Part shown: piece after piece, positions 30,862-40,722 of the stretch
How positions within the stretch are numbered: position 1 is the first letter of the stretch
Layout: each line of letters opens with the position of its first letter
DNA from: an uncultured Pelagibacteraceae bacterium
Lineage (GTDB): Bacteria > Pseudomonadota > Alphaproteobacteria > Pelagibacterales > AG-422-B15
Direction: 5' to 3'
Length of the DNA stretch: 64,000 nt
Assembly: GCA_902589175.1 (NCBI GenBank)
Contig: CACIRX010000001.1
Coordinates: forward strand, 186,938-250,937
Notes under the pieces: generated by a model
Database searches by the model: none
Seen by the model: the letters and a program-made list of their open reading frames with translations, nothing else
Told to the model about the DNA's origin: nothing
Position numbers and translations under genes: made by a program

Positions 30862-31575
30862 ATGTTTGAAGTATTTTCCTTTGGTGCATCCGGATGGGGA
30901 GATGAAATGCTTATGGGTACACTGATGACAGTTCTCGTAAGTGCGTCATCCTTATTTTTAGGTATTCTAATAGGAATTATTTTTGCAGCGTGCAAACTAT
31001 CAAATATTTTTATACTCAGAATAATAGCAAATACATACACAACAATAATAAGAGGAATTCCTGAGCTTTTAGTCATATATCTTCTTTTTTTTGGTGGCAG
31101 CGGTGCAGTTATGTATATTGCTAAAATTTTTGGATATGATGGTTATATTGAATTAAATGCATTTACAATTGGCACAATTGCTGTCGGTGCAATTTCAGGG
31201 GCTTATTCTACAGAAGTCATTCGAGGTGCGGTTAACTCAGTTCATAAGGGCCAGTTTGAGGCAGGTAAAACACTTGGATTAAATGGATATGGTCTTTATG
31301 GAAAAGTAATATTTCCGCAGGTTGCAAGAATTGCACTGCCAGGTATTGGTAATGTATGGCAAATCACACTTAAAGATACTGCACTCATTAGTGTTACAGG
31401 GTTAGTTGAAATTATGCGACAGTCGCGTATTGCCGCGGGTTCGACACATGAACCATTTATATTTTATACAGCTGCTATTATTCTATATTTGGTAATAACC
31501 AGGCTTTCTAACATTTTATTTGATAAGGCTGAGAATACTTACTCTAAAGGTTTTGTATCTAAGGGGGTGTTATGA
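30862..31575 (+). CDS. Amino-acid ABC permease (HisQ/OccQ-like)
   Basis: RGIPELL, EAA loop (GQFEAGKTLG), LKDTAL. Confidence 0.9.
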   Translation: MFEVFSFGASGWGDEMLMGTLMTVLVSASSLFLGILIGIIFAACKLSNIFILRIIANTYTTIIRGIPELLVIYLLFFGGSGAVMYIAKIFGYDGYIELNAFTIGTIAVGAISGAYSTEVIRGAVNSVHKGQFEAGKTLGLNGYGLYGKVIFPQVARIALPGIGNVWQITLKDTALISVTGLVEIMRQSRIAAGSTHEPFIFYTAAIILYLVITRLSNILFDKAENTYSKGFVSKGVL

Positions 31576-32255
31576 GATTTGAATTAATGTATGAGTCATT
31601 TTTCAAAATAATTGAGGGTATTCCTCTTACATTACAAGTGGTTTCTATTTCAACAGTACTTGGACTAGCATTAGCAATAATCGTGGCATTGATGAGAATT
31701 TCTGGCAAAAAATCAATGTCAATTCCTGCATATTATTTTGTCTATTTAATTAGGGGGACACCTCTGTTACTGCAATTGTATTTTGTTTATTATGGTCTTG
31801 GTCAATTTTCATTTATTCGTGAAAGCATATTGTGGCCAATCTTAAAAGAGCCATACTGGTGTGGTATTATTACATTGACTATCAGCACTGGTGCTTATTC
31901 CTCTGAAATAATTCGAGGAGGTATCCTTTCTGTGTCAAAAAATTTTATAGAAGCATCAGGAGCATTAGGGCTGAATAAAATTAAGACATTTTTACTAATT
32001 ACACTTCCAATTACCGTACGACAAGCATTGCCAGCTTATGGTAATGAGTTGATATTAATGGTTAAAGCCAGTTCATTGATATCAATTATCACGCTTATGG
32101 AAATAACTGGAATAGCTAGAACTATAATCTCAAAAACCTATGCACCTGTTGAAATATTTTTAGTAGCGGGATCAATATATTTAATTATTAACTTCATTAT
32201 AGTTTTAGCTGTTGGGTTAGCGGAGCGAAAATTAGGGACAGTGAAAGCTAATTAA
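31572..32255 (+). CDS. Amino-acid ABC permease (HisM/OccM-like)
   Basis: RGTPLLLQ, AYSSEIIRG, LPAYGNE. Confidence 0.9.
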   Translation: MRFELMYESFFKIIEGIPLTLQVVSISTVLGLALAIIVALMRISGKKSMSIPAYYFVYLIRGTPLLLQLYFVYYGLGQFSFIRESILWPILKEPYWCGIITLTISTGAYSSEIIRGGILSVSKNFIEASGALGLNKIKTFLLITLPITVRQALPAYGNELILMVKASSLISIITLMEITGIARTIISKTYAPVEIFLVAGSIYLIINFIIVLAVGLAERKLGTVKAN

Positions 32256-32721
32256 TTACTTTTTGGAAGGCATATTCGGTTGTGTTGCTTATGTCATTTA
32301 ACTTTCTTGTTTTCGACATTTTTTTGTAATTTAATTTTTTATACATTTTGTGAGCTTCCTTAAATCTAGTATCAGTCCATAGCACTATCTTTCTTTTTTT
32401 ATATTTCTTTGCGATACTCTCAATCCTTAACATTAGTTTTTTTGCCAAGCCTCTCATTCGATAATTTTTATCTATATATAGCTTATGTATTTCTAAGTTT
32501 TTTTTTTCATGTGGTAGATAGCCCATGCATCCGATAATTTTATTTTTATCAACATATACCCAGAACTTTCCCTTTTTATTTTTAAAGTAAGAATAGACGT
32601 TTCTTAACTCTGGAGAGTCGTTGTCTACATCAAGGTAGCAATTTTTATAATCTTTAAAACATCTTTTGATTAAGTTGATTATTTGATTTCCGTCTTTATT
32701 TCTTGCTAGTCTTAGTTGCAT
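32248..32721 (-). CDS. GNAT N-acetyltransferase
   Basis: LYID..YRMRGLA acetyl-CoA motif; WTDTRF..AH..Y. Confidence 0.85.
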   Translation of the reverse strand: MQLRLARNKDGNQIINLIKRCFKDYKNCYLDVDNDSPELRNVYSYFKNKKGKFWVYVDKNKIIGCMGYLPHEKKNLEIHKLYIDKNYRMRGLAKKLMLRIESIAKKYKKRKIVLWTDTRFKEAHKMYKKLNYKKMSKTRKLNDISNTTEYAFQKVIN

Positions 32722-32742
32722 AATGTTAGATTATATAATTCT

Positions 32743-33555
32743 ATGAGCTATTTTCATAATAAAAGAATATGGGTCACGGGCGCTTCATCTGGCATAGGTC
32801 GATCAGTCGCGATTAAGTTATCAAAATTAGGTGCAGAAGTAATATTAACTGCGCGAAATAGAGATAAATTAGAGGAAGTAAAAAAAGAATGTGGAAATGC
32901 AAAAGCACATATTTTTGATCACGATCTCTCAAAATTGGAGTCCATTGATGATTTAGTTAATAGAGTCACTCGTGAGGTTGGTTCAATAGATATACTCTTT
33001 AATAATGCAGGAGTATCTGCTTATTCAGCGGCAAATGAAACAGATTTTAATGTGTATACACAAGTTATGAATCTAAATTTTCTCTCTGTTGTTAAATTAA
33101 CTAAGTGTTTGCTGCCACAAATGATATCAAATAAAAAAGGTCAGATAGTAACGAATACTAGTTTGTCTGGAAAATTTGGATCAAAAAAAAGAACTGTTTA
33201 TGCTTCATCAAAACATGCATTGCACGGTTTTATGGACTCGCTTCGAGCTGAAGTTTATGAACATAATATTAAAGTTAATACTGTCGCTCCAGGATTTGTT
33301 AATACTGAGATAGGTATGAAAGCCTTAACTGGAGACGGCACTCCTTATGGTGCCAATGATAGAGGTCATGAAAGTCAAGGTATGGATTTGGATAAAGCCT
33401 CAGAAATGATTATTAAATCAATTGAGGCAAATAAAAGAGAAGCTTATATTGTTCCTAGAGTAAGCTTTCCAAAAATAGCATTATATATATCAAGATATTT
33501 CCCTGGTTTAGGGGCTATTATTGCTCGTAATTATAATGAAGAGGATAATGGCTGA
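32743..33555 (+). CDS. SDR oxidoreductase (DHRS7-like)
   Basis: TGASSGIG, NNAG, YASSK. Confidence 0.9.
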   Translation: MSYFHNKRIWVTGASSGIGRSVAIKLSKLGAEVILTARNRDKLEEVKKECGNAKAHIFDHDLSKLESIDDLVNRVTREVGSIDILFNNAGVSAYSAANETDFNVYTQVMNLNFLSVVKLTKCLLPQMISNKKGQIVTNTSLSGKFGSKKRTVYASSKHALHGFMDSLRAEVYEHNIKVNTVAPGFVNTEIGMKALTGDGTPYGANDRGHESQGMDLDKASEMIIKSIEANKREAYIVPRVSFPKIALYISRYFPGLGAIIARNYNEEDNG

Positions 33556-33558
33556 TTA

Positions 33559-34143
33559 TTAATTTTTTAAATATTCAACAAGAAATTTCATACTGTCAAT
33601 GCCCCAATACATTTCATCATCGATGTAAAATGTTGGTACTCCAAACGCTCCTTTATTAATAGCAAATTCAGTATTCTCTCTTAATTTATTTTTAATTTCA
33701 TCACTTGAAATTCCTTCAGCAAAACTATTTGCATCCATTCCAGATTCAGTGGCGACTTGGGTAAGAAGTTCCTGATCATTAAGATTCATTGCTTTTGTCC
33801 AAATAGACTCAAACATAACTTGCATGTAATTTTCTAAAATATCATTTTTTTGGGCTAAGACCGCCCCTCGCATGTGAGGTACTGTTAATATTGGAAAATA
33901 GGGATTCATCTTAAATGGAATATTGAGTGATTTTGTCCAACGAGTAATATCTTTAAACATATATTCTCCCTTTTTTTGGACAGTTGCAGGCGGTTGATTT
34001 CCTGTAGCCTTAAATATGCCCCCCAACAGAACAGGCATAATTTCAATTTTAGCTCCTTCGTCCTTAATTACTTTAAGATTATTGTAGGCTAGGTAGGAGT
34101 AAGGACTTCCAAAATCAAAGCAAAATGTTACGTTTTTCGACAT
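33559..34143 (-). CDS. 2-hydroxychromene-2-carboxylate isomerase / GST-kappa (DsbA family)
   Basis: FDFGSPYSY, P.LLGGIF, GAFGVPTF. Confidence 0.88.
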   Translation of the reverse strand: MSKNVTFCFDFGSPYSYLAYNNLKVIKDEGAKIEIMPVLLGGIFKATGNQPPATVQKKGEYMFKDITRWTKSLNIPFKMNPYFPILTVPHMRGAVLAQKNDILENYMQVMFESIWTKAMNLNDQELLTQVATESGMDANSFAEGISSDEIKNKLRENTEFAINKGAFGVPTFYIDDEMYWGIDSMKFLVEYLKN

Positions 34144-34184
34144 ATATAATGTTATAAATATAAACAATTAGATCAAATAGTAAA

Positions 34185-35321
34185 ATGAAGATTGTAGTAA
34201 TAACCGGTGAAGAGTCTGGCGATAAATTAGCCGCATCAGCCATAAAAGAACTAAAAAAAATTTCAAATGAGCCTCTTAAAATTTTCGGTATTGGTGGTCG
34301 AGCCCTTGAAAAAGAGGGTATTCAAAAATTTTTTGATATATCAGAAATTAACGTGATGGGATTAATTGAAGTTATTCCTAAGATATTTAAAATAAATCGC
34401 ATAATAAAATCAGTGGTTAATCAAATTATTGAACTTGATCCTGATATTATTTTCACAGTTGATAGTCCAGATTTTACATTGAGAATTGCTGAACAGATAA
34501 AAAAACGAAACAATAAATTAAAAATTCTTCATTATGTGGCTCCAAGCGTTTGGGCATGGAGGCCTGGACGTGTCCATACAGTAAAAAAATCAGTAGATCA
34601 CTTACTGACAATTCTACCTTTTGAGAAGAAAATATTTGATAAATATGAAGTGCCGACAACTTTTGTAGGTCATCCGATAACAGAGATAAATATTGAAAAC
34701 TTTAAAAAGAATCAAATTACTGAGGGAGACAGAGAAGTTTTCTTAATTTTACCGGGGAGTAGAAAAAAGGAAGTTGTGTCTCTTTTACCAATTTACTTAG
34801 AAGTAATAATGGCCATGAAGTTAGATGACATGTATGAGCTTGTAATGCCACTTACAAAAGAAATGACTTTTTATGTAGAAGATATCTTAAGTCAACTCGG
34901 TTTTCAAAATAGAATAAAAATAATTCTAGATGAGCATATTAAATACTCTTATTACTATCATGCAAAACTTGGCATTGTGACCTCAGGGACTGCAGCTCTA
35001 GAAGTTTCATATTTTAATACACCATATGTGACAGCATACAAATTCAATCCTGTAACCTATTTTATACTGCAATTCCTTATTAAAACTAGAATGGGTAATT
35101 TAATTAATATTATACAAGGGAAGTTTATTATTCCTGAGCTGCTACAAAGTAAAAGCAATAAAGATAATATTATGTATTATTTAAAAAAATTTTTAGATGA
35201 TAATGATTACCTTCAAGAAGTTCTATCAAATGCAAGTGAAGCTACTGCGAAGCTCAAATCTCAAAACACACCAAGTATAATGGCAGCAGAAAAAATAATT
35301 CAGATAGTTAATGAAAAATAA
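34185..35321 (+). CDS. lpxB: Lipid-A-disaccharide synthase
   Basis: GEESGD, DSPDF, YVAPSVWAWR, LPFE, FVGHP, PGSR, SGTAALE. Confidence 0.95.
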   Translation: MKIVVITGEESGDKLAASAIKELKKISNEPLKIFGIGGRALEKEGIQKFFDISEINVMGLIEVIPKIFKINRIIKSVVNQIIELDPDIIFTVDSPDFTLRIAEQIKKRNNKLKILHYVAPSVWAWRPGRVHTVKKSVDHLLTILPFEKKIFDKYEVPTTFVGHPITEINIENFKKNQITEGDREVFLILPGSRKKEVVSLLPIYLEVIMAMKLDDMYELVMPLTKEMTFYVEDILSQLGFQNRIKIILDEHIKYSYYYHAKLGIVTSGTAALEVSYFNTPYVTAYKFNPVTYFILQFLIKTRMGNLINIIQGKFIIPELLQSKSNKDNIMYYLKKFLDDNDYLQEVLSNASEATAKLKSQNTPSIMAAEKIIQIVNEK

Positions 35322-35841
35322 ATCTAATTATACTGAAATTGAGTCAAAAGCTTTATGGTACTTACAAAGATACGCATCAAGCTCAGAAAACTTAAGAAAT
35401 TATCTAAGACGAAAAGTTAAAGATAGCCATTTAAGTATTAACTCAGAAGAAATTATCAATGAAATAATATTTTCATTAGAAAGACAAAAAATTCTTAATG
35501 ATCAGCTATTTTCTGAGAGTAAAATCAGGAATTATCTAAATAAGGGTTGGTCACTAAAAAAAATTGAATTCAAACTTAAGGAACTATACGTAAAGGATAA
35601 TATAATTATTGATGCGATACAGAACATTAGAGATTCAGTTAAAAATATTGATCTTATAGCCGCTTGTAGGTTAGCAAAAAAGAAATCTATAGGACCTTAT
35701 AGGAAAAATGAACTTACAGAAAAAATAAAAATGAGAGAGCTTGGAGTTTTGTCAAGAGCAGGTTTTTCATATAACATTGTAAAGAAGATATTATTTGAAA
35801 TGAGCAAGGAGGAGCTGGAAGATATTTATGATCAAAGATAA
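35311..35841 (+). CDS. recX: RecX-family regulator (alphaproteobacterial type)
   Basis: AL.YLQRYASS..NL...L.RK, LND..F, L.RAGFSY. Confidence 0.75.
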   Translation: MKNKSNYTEIESKALWYLQRYASSSENLRNYLRRKVKDSHLSINSEEIINEIIFSLERQKILNDQLFSESKIRNYLNKGWSLKKIEFKLKELYVKDNIIIDAIQNIRDSVKNIDLIAACRLAKKKSIGPYRKNELTEKIKMRELGVLSRAGFSYNIVKKILFEMSKEELEDIYDQR

Positions 35842-36583
35842 AACAGTTATTGTTACAGGTGCTGCAAGAGGCTTGGGACAGAAATATGCCCTTGAATTTG
35901 CGAAAGCAGAAGCGAATATCATTTTTGCAGATATATCTGATTGTTCTGAGACAGAGAAAAAGGTGAGCGAAGTTACAGATAAATTTTTAAGTCTAAATCT
36001 CGATGTGACAGATATAAACTCATGCAACAATATGATGGCGAGGGCTGTTGATAAATTTTCTAAAATAGATGTATTGGTAAATAACGCCGCATTATATGGA
36101 GCATTAAAAAGCTCACGATTTGAAGATATTGATCCAGATCAATGGGACAAAGCGATGAATGTTAATGTCAAAGGACTTTGGAATTGCTGCAGAGCAATAT
36201 CTCCAATAATGAGAGAAAACAAAAGTGGCTCAATAATAAATATCGCTTCTCTAGCAGCCAAATTTGGCATGCCTTACGCCGCAGATTACGCTACATCAAA
36301 AGCTGCTGTGATTGGACTGACTCGGGTTATGGCGAGAGAAATGGGAAAAGATAACATTCGTGTGAATGCAGTAGCACCATCTATGGTAAGAACTGAGTCG
36401 GCAAAGGAATTTTTAGGAGAAAAAGCAGAACGTGGTTTTGAGGTTATTTCTAAAGGGCAGATATTACAAAAGACACTTGAAGTTGATGATATATATGGAA
36501 CTGTTCTTTATCTTGCAAGTGATCAAAGTAAATTCGTTACAGGACAAACCCTGATGGTAGATGGAGGCAGTGTGCTTCTGTAA
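35828..36583 (+). CDS. SDR oxidoreductase
   Basis: TGAARGLG, NNAA, YATSK, TGQTLMVDGG. Confidence 0.9.
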   Translation: MIKDKTVIVTGAARGLGQKYALEFAKAEANIIFADISDCSETEKKVSEVTDKFLSLNLDVTDINSCNNMMARAVDKFSKIDVLVNNAALYGALKSSRFEDIDPDQWDKAMNVNVKGLWNCCRAISPIMRENKSGSIINIASLAAKFGMPYAADYATSKAAVIGLTRVMAREMGKDNIRVNAVAPSMVRTESAKEFLGEKAERGFEVISKGQILQKTLEVDDIYGTVLYLASDQSKFVTGQTLMVDGGSVLL

Positions 36584-36586
36584 AGA

Positions 36587-36718
36587 ATGAAAAAGAAAAA
36601 AAGTAAATTAAAAAGTAATCCTATTGCAAGACAGTTAAGGACAGATAAGTTTAGACCAAAAAAGGTCGCAAATAAAAAAAAACTTCATGAAAAAAAAAGA
36701 ATAAAAATTAAATTATGA
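36587..36718 (+). CDS. Small basic protein, ArfA-like (43 aa; not in the ORF track)
   Basis: MKKKKSKLKSNPIARQLRTDKFRPKKVANKKKLHEKKRIKIKL; fills the intergenic gap and its stop overlaps the next start (ATGA). Confidence 0.7.
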   Translation: MKKKKSKLKSNPIARQLRTDKFRPKKVANKKKLHEKKRIKIKL

Positions 36719-37377
36719 CAACTGTTTCAGAGGCCGTAAACAATCGCCAATCAGTCAGAGCTTTTACAAAAAAGCAGGTATCGAATGAAATACTAGAAAG
36801 CCTAATTTATAAATCTTCTAGATCCCCATCGGGAGGCAACTTACAGCCATGGAGAATATTTATAATAAATGGGAACTCGATGAGACGTTTTCTTGAATTT
36901 CAGGATCAATGGAAGGGTACAGACACACCTGAGTACCCAATTTATCCTGCAAAACTAAAAGAGCCTTATAGAACTTCACGGTTTGAAGTTGGTGAACAGT
37001 TATACGGTTCTATTGGAATTGAAAGATCAGATTCGCAAGCAAGGGTAGATCAAATGCTTAAAAATTTCACTTTTTTTGGTGCACCTGCAGCATTATTCTG
37101 TTTTGTAGACCGCCAGATGAATCAACCTCAGTGGTCAGATTTAGGAATGTTCCTACAGACATTTATGCTACTTGCTCAAGAAGAAGGGATTGATACTTGT
37201 GCACAGGAATCTTGGTCACTTAGGCAGAAAATGGTATCTGAATTTGTTGAAGCTGACTCTGATCTCATGTTATTCTGTGGTATGGCAATTGGATACAGAG
37301 ATGTTTCCTCGCCATTAAACAATTATAAAACTAATAGAAGATCACCAGAAGATTGGTGTACATTTATAAAGAAGTGA
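36715..37377 (+). CDS. Nitroreductase family protein
   Basis: RQSVRAF, SPSGGNLQPW, FFGAP, DLGMFLQ. Confidence 0.9.
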   Translation: MTTVSEAVNNRQSVRAFTKKQVSNEILESLIYKSSRSPSGGNLQPWRIFIINGNSMRRFLEFQDQWKGTDTPEYPIYPAKLKEPYRTSRFEVGEQLYGSIGIERSDSQARVDQMLKNFTFFGAPAALFCFVDRQMNQPQWSDLGMFLQTFMLLAQEEGIDTCAQESWSLRQKMVSEFVEADSDLMLFCGMAIGYRDVSSPLNNYKTNRRSPEDWCTFIKK

Positions 37378-38234
37378 TGGATAAAAAATTTTTTACTCAT
37401 AAAAATAAAAGAATTGCATATGTTGATACTGGCACAGGTGATCCAATAATCTTCTTTCACGGAAACCCAAGCTCATCCTACTTATATAGAAATATTATTA
37501 AAAACTTAGATAGTGGTTACAGATGTATTGCAGCAGATATGATTGGTATGGGCGACTCTGATAAGTTAGATAATCCTGGTCATATGACTTATACATTTGA
37601 TACCCATTTTGAATACCTATCTGAATTAATAAAAAGTCTAAATTTAAATGAAAAAATTACCCTGGTAGGGCAAGACTGGGGAGGACCATTAAGTATTAAA
37701 TGGGCTAGAGAAAATTCAGATAAAGTAAGAGGTATATGTTACTTTGAAACAGTTATTGCGCCTATTAAATCTGAAGAAATGCAAGAACCGCTCAAAAGTT
37801 TATTTATGATGTTAAGGTCCGAAAAGGGTGACAAAAAGGTTTTAGAAGAAAATTTCTTTGTTGAAAAAATGTTGGGAACAGACCCAATTACTCCTCTAAG
37901 TGAAGAAGATATGGCCGTTTATAGAAAACCGTTTCTTAATCCTGGGGAGGATAGAAGGCCAACTTTGGACTGGCCTAGACAAATACCAATTGATAAAGAA
38001 CCGAAGCATGTCCATGAAGAAGTTAAAAAAAACCTATCTTTCATGATGGAGACAGAAATACCAAAACTTTTAATCATTGCAGAGCCAGGCCGTTTAATGC
38101 CAAAGCCTTTAATTGAATTTTGCAGAAAATTTAAAAATCAATCCGAAGCGACAGTAAAAGGAAACCATTTTGTTCAAGAAGACTCACCTGACGAAATAAG
38201 TGAAAATATAGATAATTGGTTGAAGTCTATTTAA
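37377..38234 (+). CDS. Haloalkane dehalogenase (LinB/DhaA-like)
   Basis: HGNPSSSY, QDWG nucleophile, RRPTLDWPRQIP, HFVQEDSP. Confidence 0.9.
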   Translation: MDKKFFTHKNKRIAYVDTGTGDPIIFFHGNPSSSYLYRNIIKNLDSGYRCIAADMIGMGDSDKLDNPGHMTYTFDTHFEYLSELIKSLNLNEKITLVGQDWGGPLSIKWARENSDKVRGICYFETVIAPIKSEEMQEPLKSLFMMLRSEKGDKKVLEENFFVEKMLGTDPITPLSEEDMAVYRKPFLNPGEDRRPTLDWPRQIPIDKEPKHVHEEVKKNLSFMMETEIPKLLIIAEPGRLMPKPLIEFCRKFKNQSEATVKGNHFVQEDSPDEISENIDNWLKSI

Positions 38235-38235
38235 A

Positions 38236-39465
38236 TTAACCCTCTTCAGCGTCTGGATACAATTCCATAGAAACAGGCGAAGCTCTACTGCTTACAAGCA
38301 CAGTGCTTCCTTGATCCTCTAATGGAACAGCAGTTCTTATCGTCATTCTGTATATCCCAAACAAACCTAGGCTGGTGTGAATTAGGAATAAATATATCCA
38401 AAAACCTGAAGCTCCAATTATATCGATTGCCAGCCCTCCCAAGATAGGTCCAATTGTAAGGCCTATGCCTCCTGCCAGTTGAAGCCCTGAGCTTGCTGCA
38501 ACCATTTCTCTTTTTGATAAAAAGTCATTTGTATGTGCAATCGAGAGAGCATAAAGGGGCACAGTCAGACCTCCAAATATGAAAGTAATTGCTACGAGGA
38601 CTGAGAAAGTATTACCAAAAATTAGAGCTAAAATGGAGAAGCTACCTGCTAAAAAAGCAACAATTACGATAATAGTTCGTCTATCATACTTATCTGATAA
38701 ATAGCCGATAAGATACTGATTTAGTGCTCCCCCAATAATAAATGTAAACATAAAAATTGATACCTGCTCAATTGATAGTCCACTTTTTAAACCATATATG
38801 GTTCCGATTCCCCAGAGAGTTCCATGGGCCAAACCTGTCATCATAGCAGCAATTACTCCAAGAGGTGATGCTTCATAAAGCTGTTTGATATTTAAAAACT
38901 CAGTAACACTGAAATCTGGCTGTTTACTAACAACAATTAATATTGGTACAAGAGATATGGAAATTAGAATTGAAACAAGCATGAACAAAGATGCGGTTTC
39001 TGGGTTTGCTAGATTCAGAAATAACTGACCTACTGCACTTCCAGCCATACTAACCATCATATAAATAGATAAAGCTTTACCTCTATTATTATTTTCTGAA
39101 AGGTCATTGATCCAACTTTCTGCAACGGTGTACATGCCTACAAAACACATTCCAGATATAAAACGCATTAAAAACCATCCAAAGAAACTTACATGAATTG
39201 AATGCAAGAGAATTGAGATAGAAGCAATTGATGCAAGAGCTGCAAACATTCTTACATGTCCAACACTTTTTATACGACGGGGTATCAAAAGGGCTCCAGA
39301 TAAGAATCCAGCATAATATCCAGTAAGTATAATACCCGCTGATGCAGCGGAGTACCCTTCGATTGATGCTCTGACTCCAATCAAGCTGCCTTGAAGCCCA
39401 TTCGCAAGCATTATCATTGCAACACCAAAAAATAGGGCCCACGTTCCCTTAAGCAAACTATACAT
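38236..39465 (-). CDS. MFS transporter (YcaD-like)
   Basis: About 12 TMs; ESW.N, G.LSDKYDRR. Confidence 0.88.
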   Translation of the reverse strand: MYSLLKGTWALFFGVAMIMLANGLQGSLIGVRASIEGYSAASAGIILTGYYAGFLSGALLIPRRIKSVGHVRMFAALASIASISILLHSIHVSFFGWFLMRFISGMCFVGMYTVAESWINDLSENNNRGKALSIYMMVSMAGSAVGQLFLNLANPETASLFMLVSILISISLVPILIVVSKQPDFSVTEFLNIKQLYEASPLGVIAAMMTGLAHGTLWGIGTIYGLKSGLSIEQVSIFMFTFIIGGALNQYLIGYLSDKYDRRTIIVIVAFLAGSFSILALIFGNTFSVLVAITFIFGGLTVPLYALSIAHTNDFLSKREMVAASSGLQLAGGIGLTIGPILGGLAIDIIGASGFWIYLFLIHTSLGLFGIYRMTIRTAVPLEDQGSTVLVSSRASPVSMELYPDAEEG

Positions 39466-39487
39466 ATTTAAAATTTATGAAGTTATT

Positions 39488-39985
39488 TCAAAGCCATCTT
39501 CTGACGGTCTTCTTGTAGTCTAAGTAAACATTTCCGAATTCTTTTTCAAGATATTTTTCCTCTGGAATTATTACTCCATAAGTCAATAGTGGTATTGATA
39601 TAGCTGCACTAATTACATACCACCATGAATTGAATGCTAGTCCGCAACTTAATAGAATTATTACCATTGCTAAGTAAATTGGATTTCTTGAATATTTAAA
39701 TGTTCCACCAACAAACAATTGATTTTGAACTGATTTTGGGTGAGGGTTTTCTTCATTGTCAGAAAATATTTTTAAGGTGTAAATAGCCATTAAAAAAGAG
39801 GAAACAGCAATAATTAATCCGATGATTAAAACTATCATACTTCCTTTAAAGAGAGGCAAATGTATAAAAAAACTGTCAAGGAGGCTTGATGCTATCAACC
39901 CAATCATTAGGGCATATGGAGGAAAAAACGTTGTCTTAGCGCCTTGGGCTCTGACAGGTTTTATAGGATCTTTATTGTTTGTCAT
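39488..39985 (-). CDS. ICMT/PEMT-family membrane methyltransferase
   Basis: G.FKYSRNPIY, EEKYL..EFG..Y..YKK.VRRW. Confidence 0.88.
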   Translation of the reverse strand: MTNNKDPIKPVRAQGAKTTFFPPYALMIGLIASSLLDSFFIHLPLFKGSMIVLIIGLIIAVSSFLMAIYTLKIFSDNEENPHPKSVQNQLFVGGTFKYSRNPIYLAMVIILLSCGLAFNSWWYVISAAISIPLLTYGVIIPEEKYLEKEFGNVYLDYKKTVRRWL

Positions 39986-40059
39986 ATTTATGTTTAATTA
40001 ATTGAATTATTTAATTTTTTAAGTTAAACCCACCCTAAATTATTTGACAAGTATAAATT

Positions 40060-40524
40060 ATGTTTAAGAAAAGACAATCAGTACAACAAGTTGAAGAGAG
40101 CAATGAACTAGCCCCTAAATTCGATGATAATGGTTTGATAGTTGTTACAACAGTTGACTATAGAACTAATGAAATTTTAATGACAGGTTTTATGAATGAA
40201 GAGGCACTTGAAAAAACTATTACAACAAAAGAAGCTTTCTACTTTAGCAGAAGTCGAAATGCATTATGGCATAAAGGAGCTAAAAGTGGATATACTCAAA
40301 AAGTAAAGGAAATCCTAATTGATGATGATCAAGATGCCCTATGTTTGAAGGTTGATATAGGAAAAAATGGCGCTAGTTGTCATGTTGGTTATAAGTCTTG
40401 TTTTTACCGCGAAATTGACTTAGAAGATACTGCAAATAAGTCTGGATTAAGGTTCACCACAGAAGAAAAAGTTTTCGATCCTAATGAAGTTTACGGAGAT
40501 GAACCAAATCCAACTAAACTATAA
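40060..40524 (+). CDS. hisI: Phosphoribosyl-AMP cyclohydrolase
   Basis: SRSR..LWHKG..SG, DDDQD, CHVGYKSCF. Confidence 0.93.
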   Translation: MFKKRQSVQQVEESNELAPKFDDNGLIVVTTVDYRTNEILMTGFMNEEALEKTITTKEAFYFSRSRNALWHKGAKSGYTQKVKEILIDDDQDALCLKVDIGKNGASCHVGYKSCFYREIDLEDTANKSGLRFTTEEKVFDPNEVYGDEPNPTKL

Positions 40525-40535
40525 AGGAAAATAAA

Positions 40536-40721
40536 ATGGCTGTCCCAAAGAGTAAGATATCGAATTCTAAAAGAGGTATGAGAAGATCTCATTTACGTCT
40601 AAAGGGAAAAAATTTTATCGAAGATAAAGAGTCTGGTGAAATGAGACTTTCTCATCATGTTGATATGACGACCGGCACTTACAATGGAAAGAAAATCTTT
40701 ACACCAAAAGCAGAAAAATAA
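40536..40721 (+). CDS. rpmF: 50S ribosomal protein L32 (Zn-free type)
   Basis: MAVPK.K.S.SKRGMRRSH; lacks Cys. Confidence 0.95.
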   Translation: MAVPKSKISNSKRGMRRSHLRLKGKNFIEDKESGEMRLSHHVDMTTGTYNGKKIFTPKAEK

Positions 40722-40722
40722 T

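Noticed and set aside
35311-35841. recX not adjacent to recA
   Set aside because: An unlinked recX is common in alphaproteobacteria, so this is not unusual.
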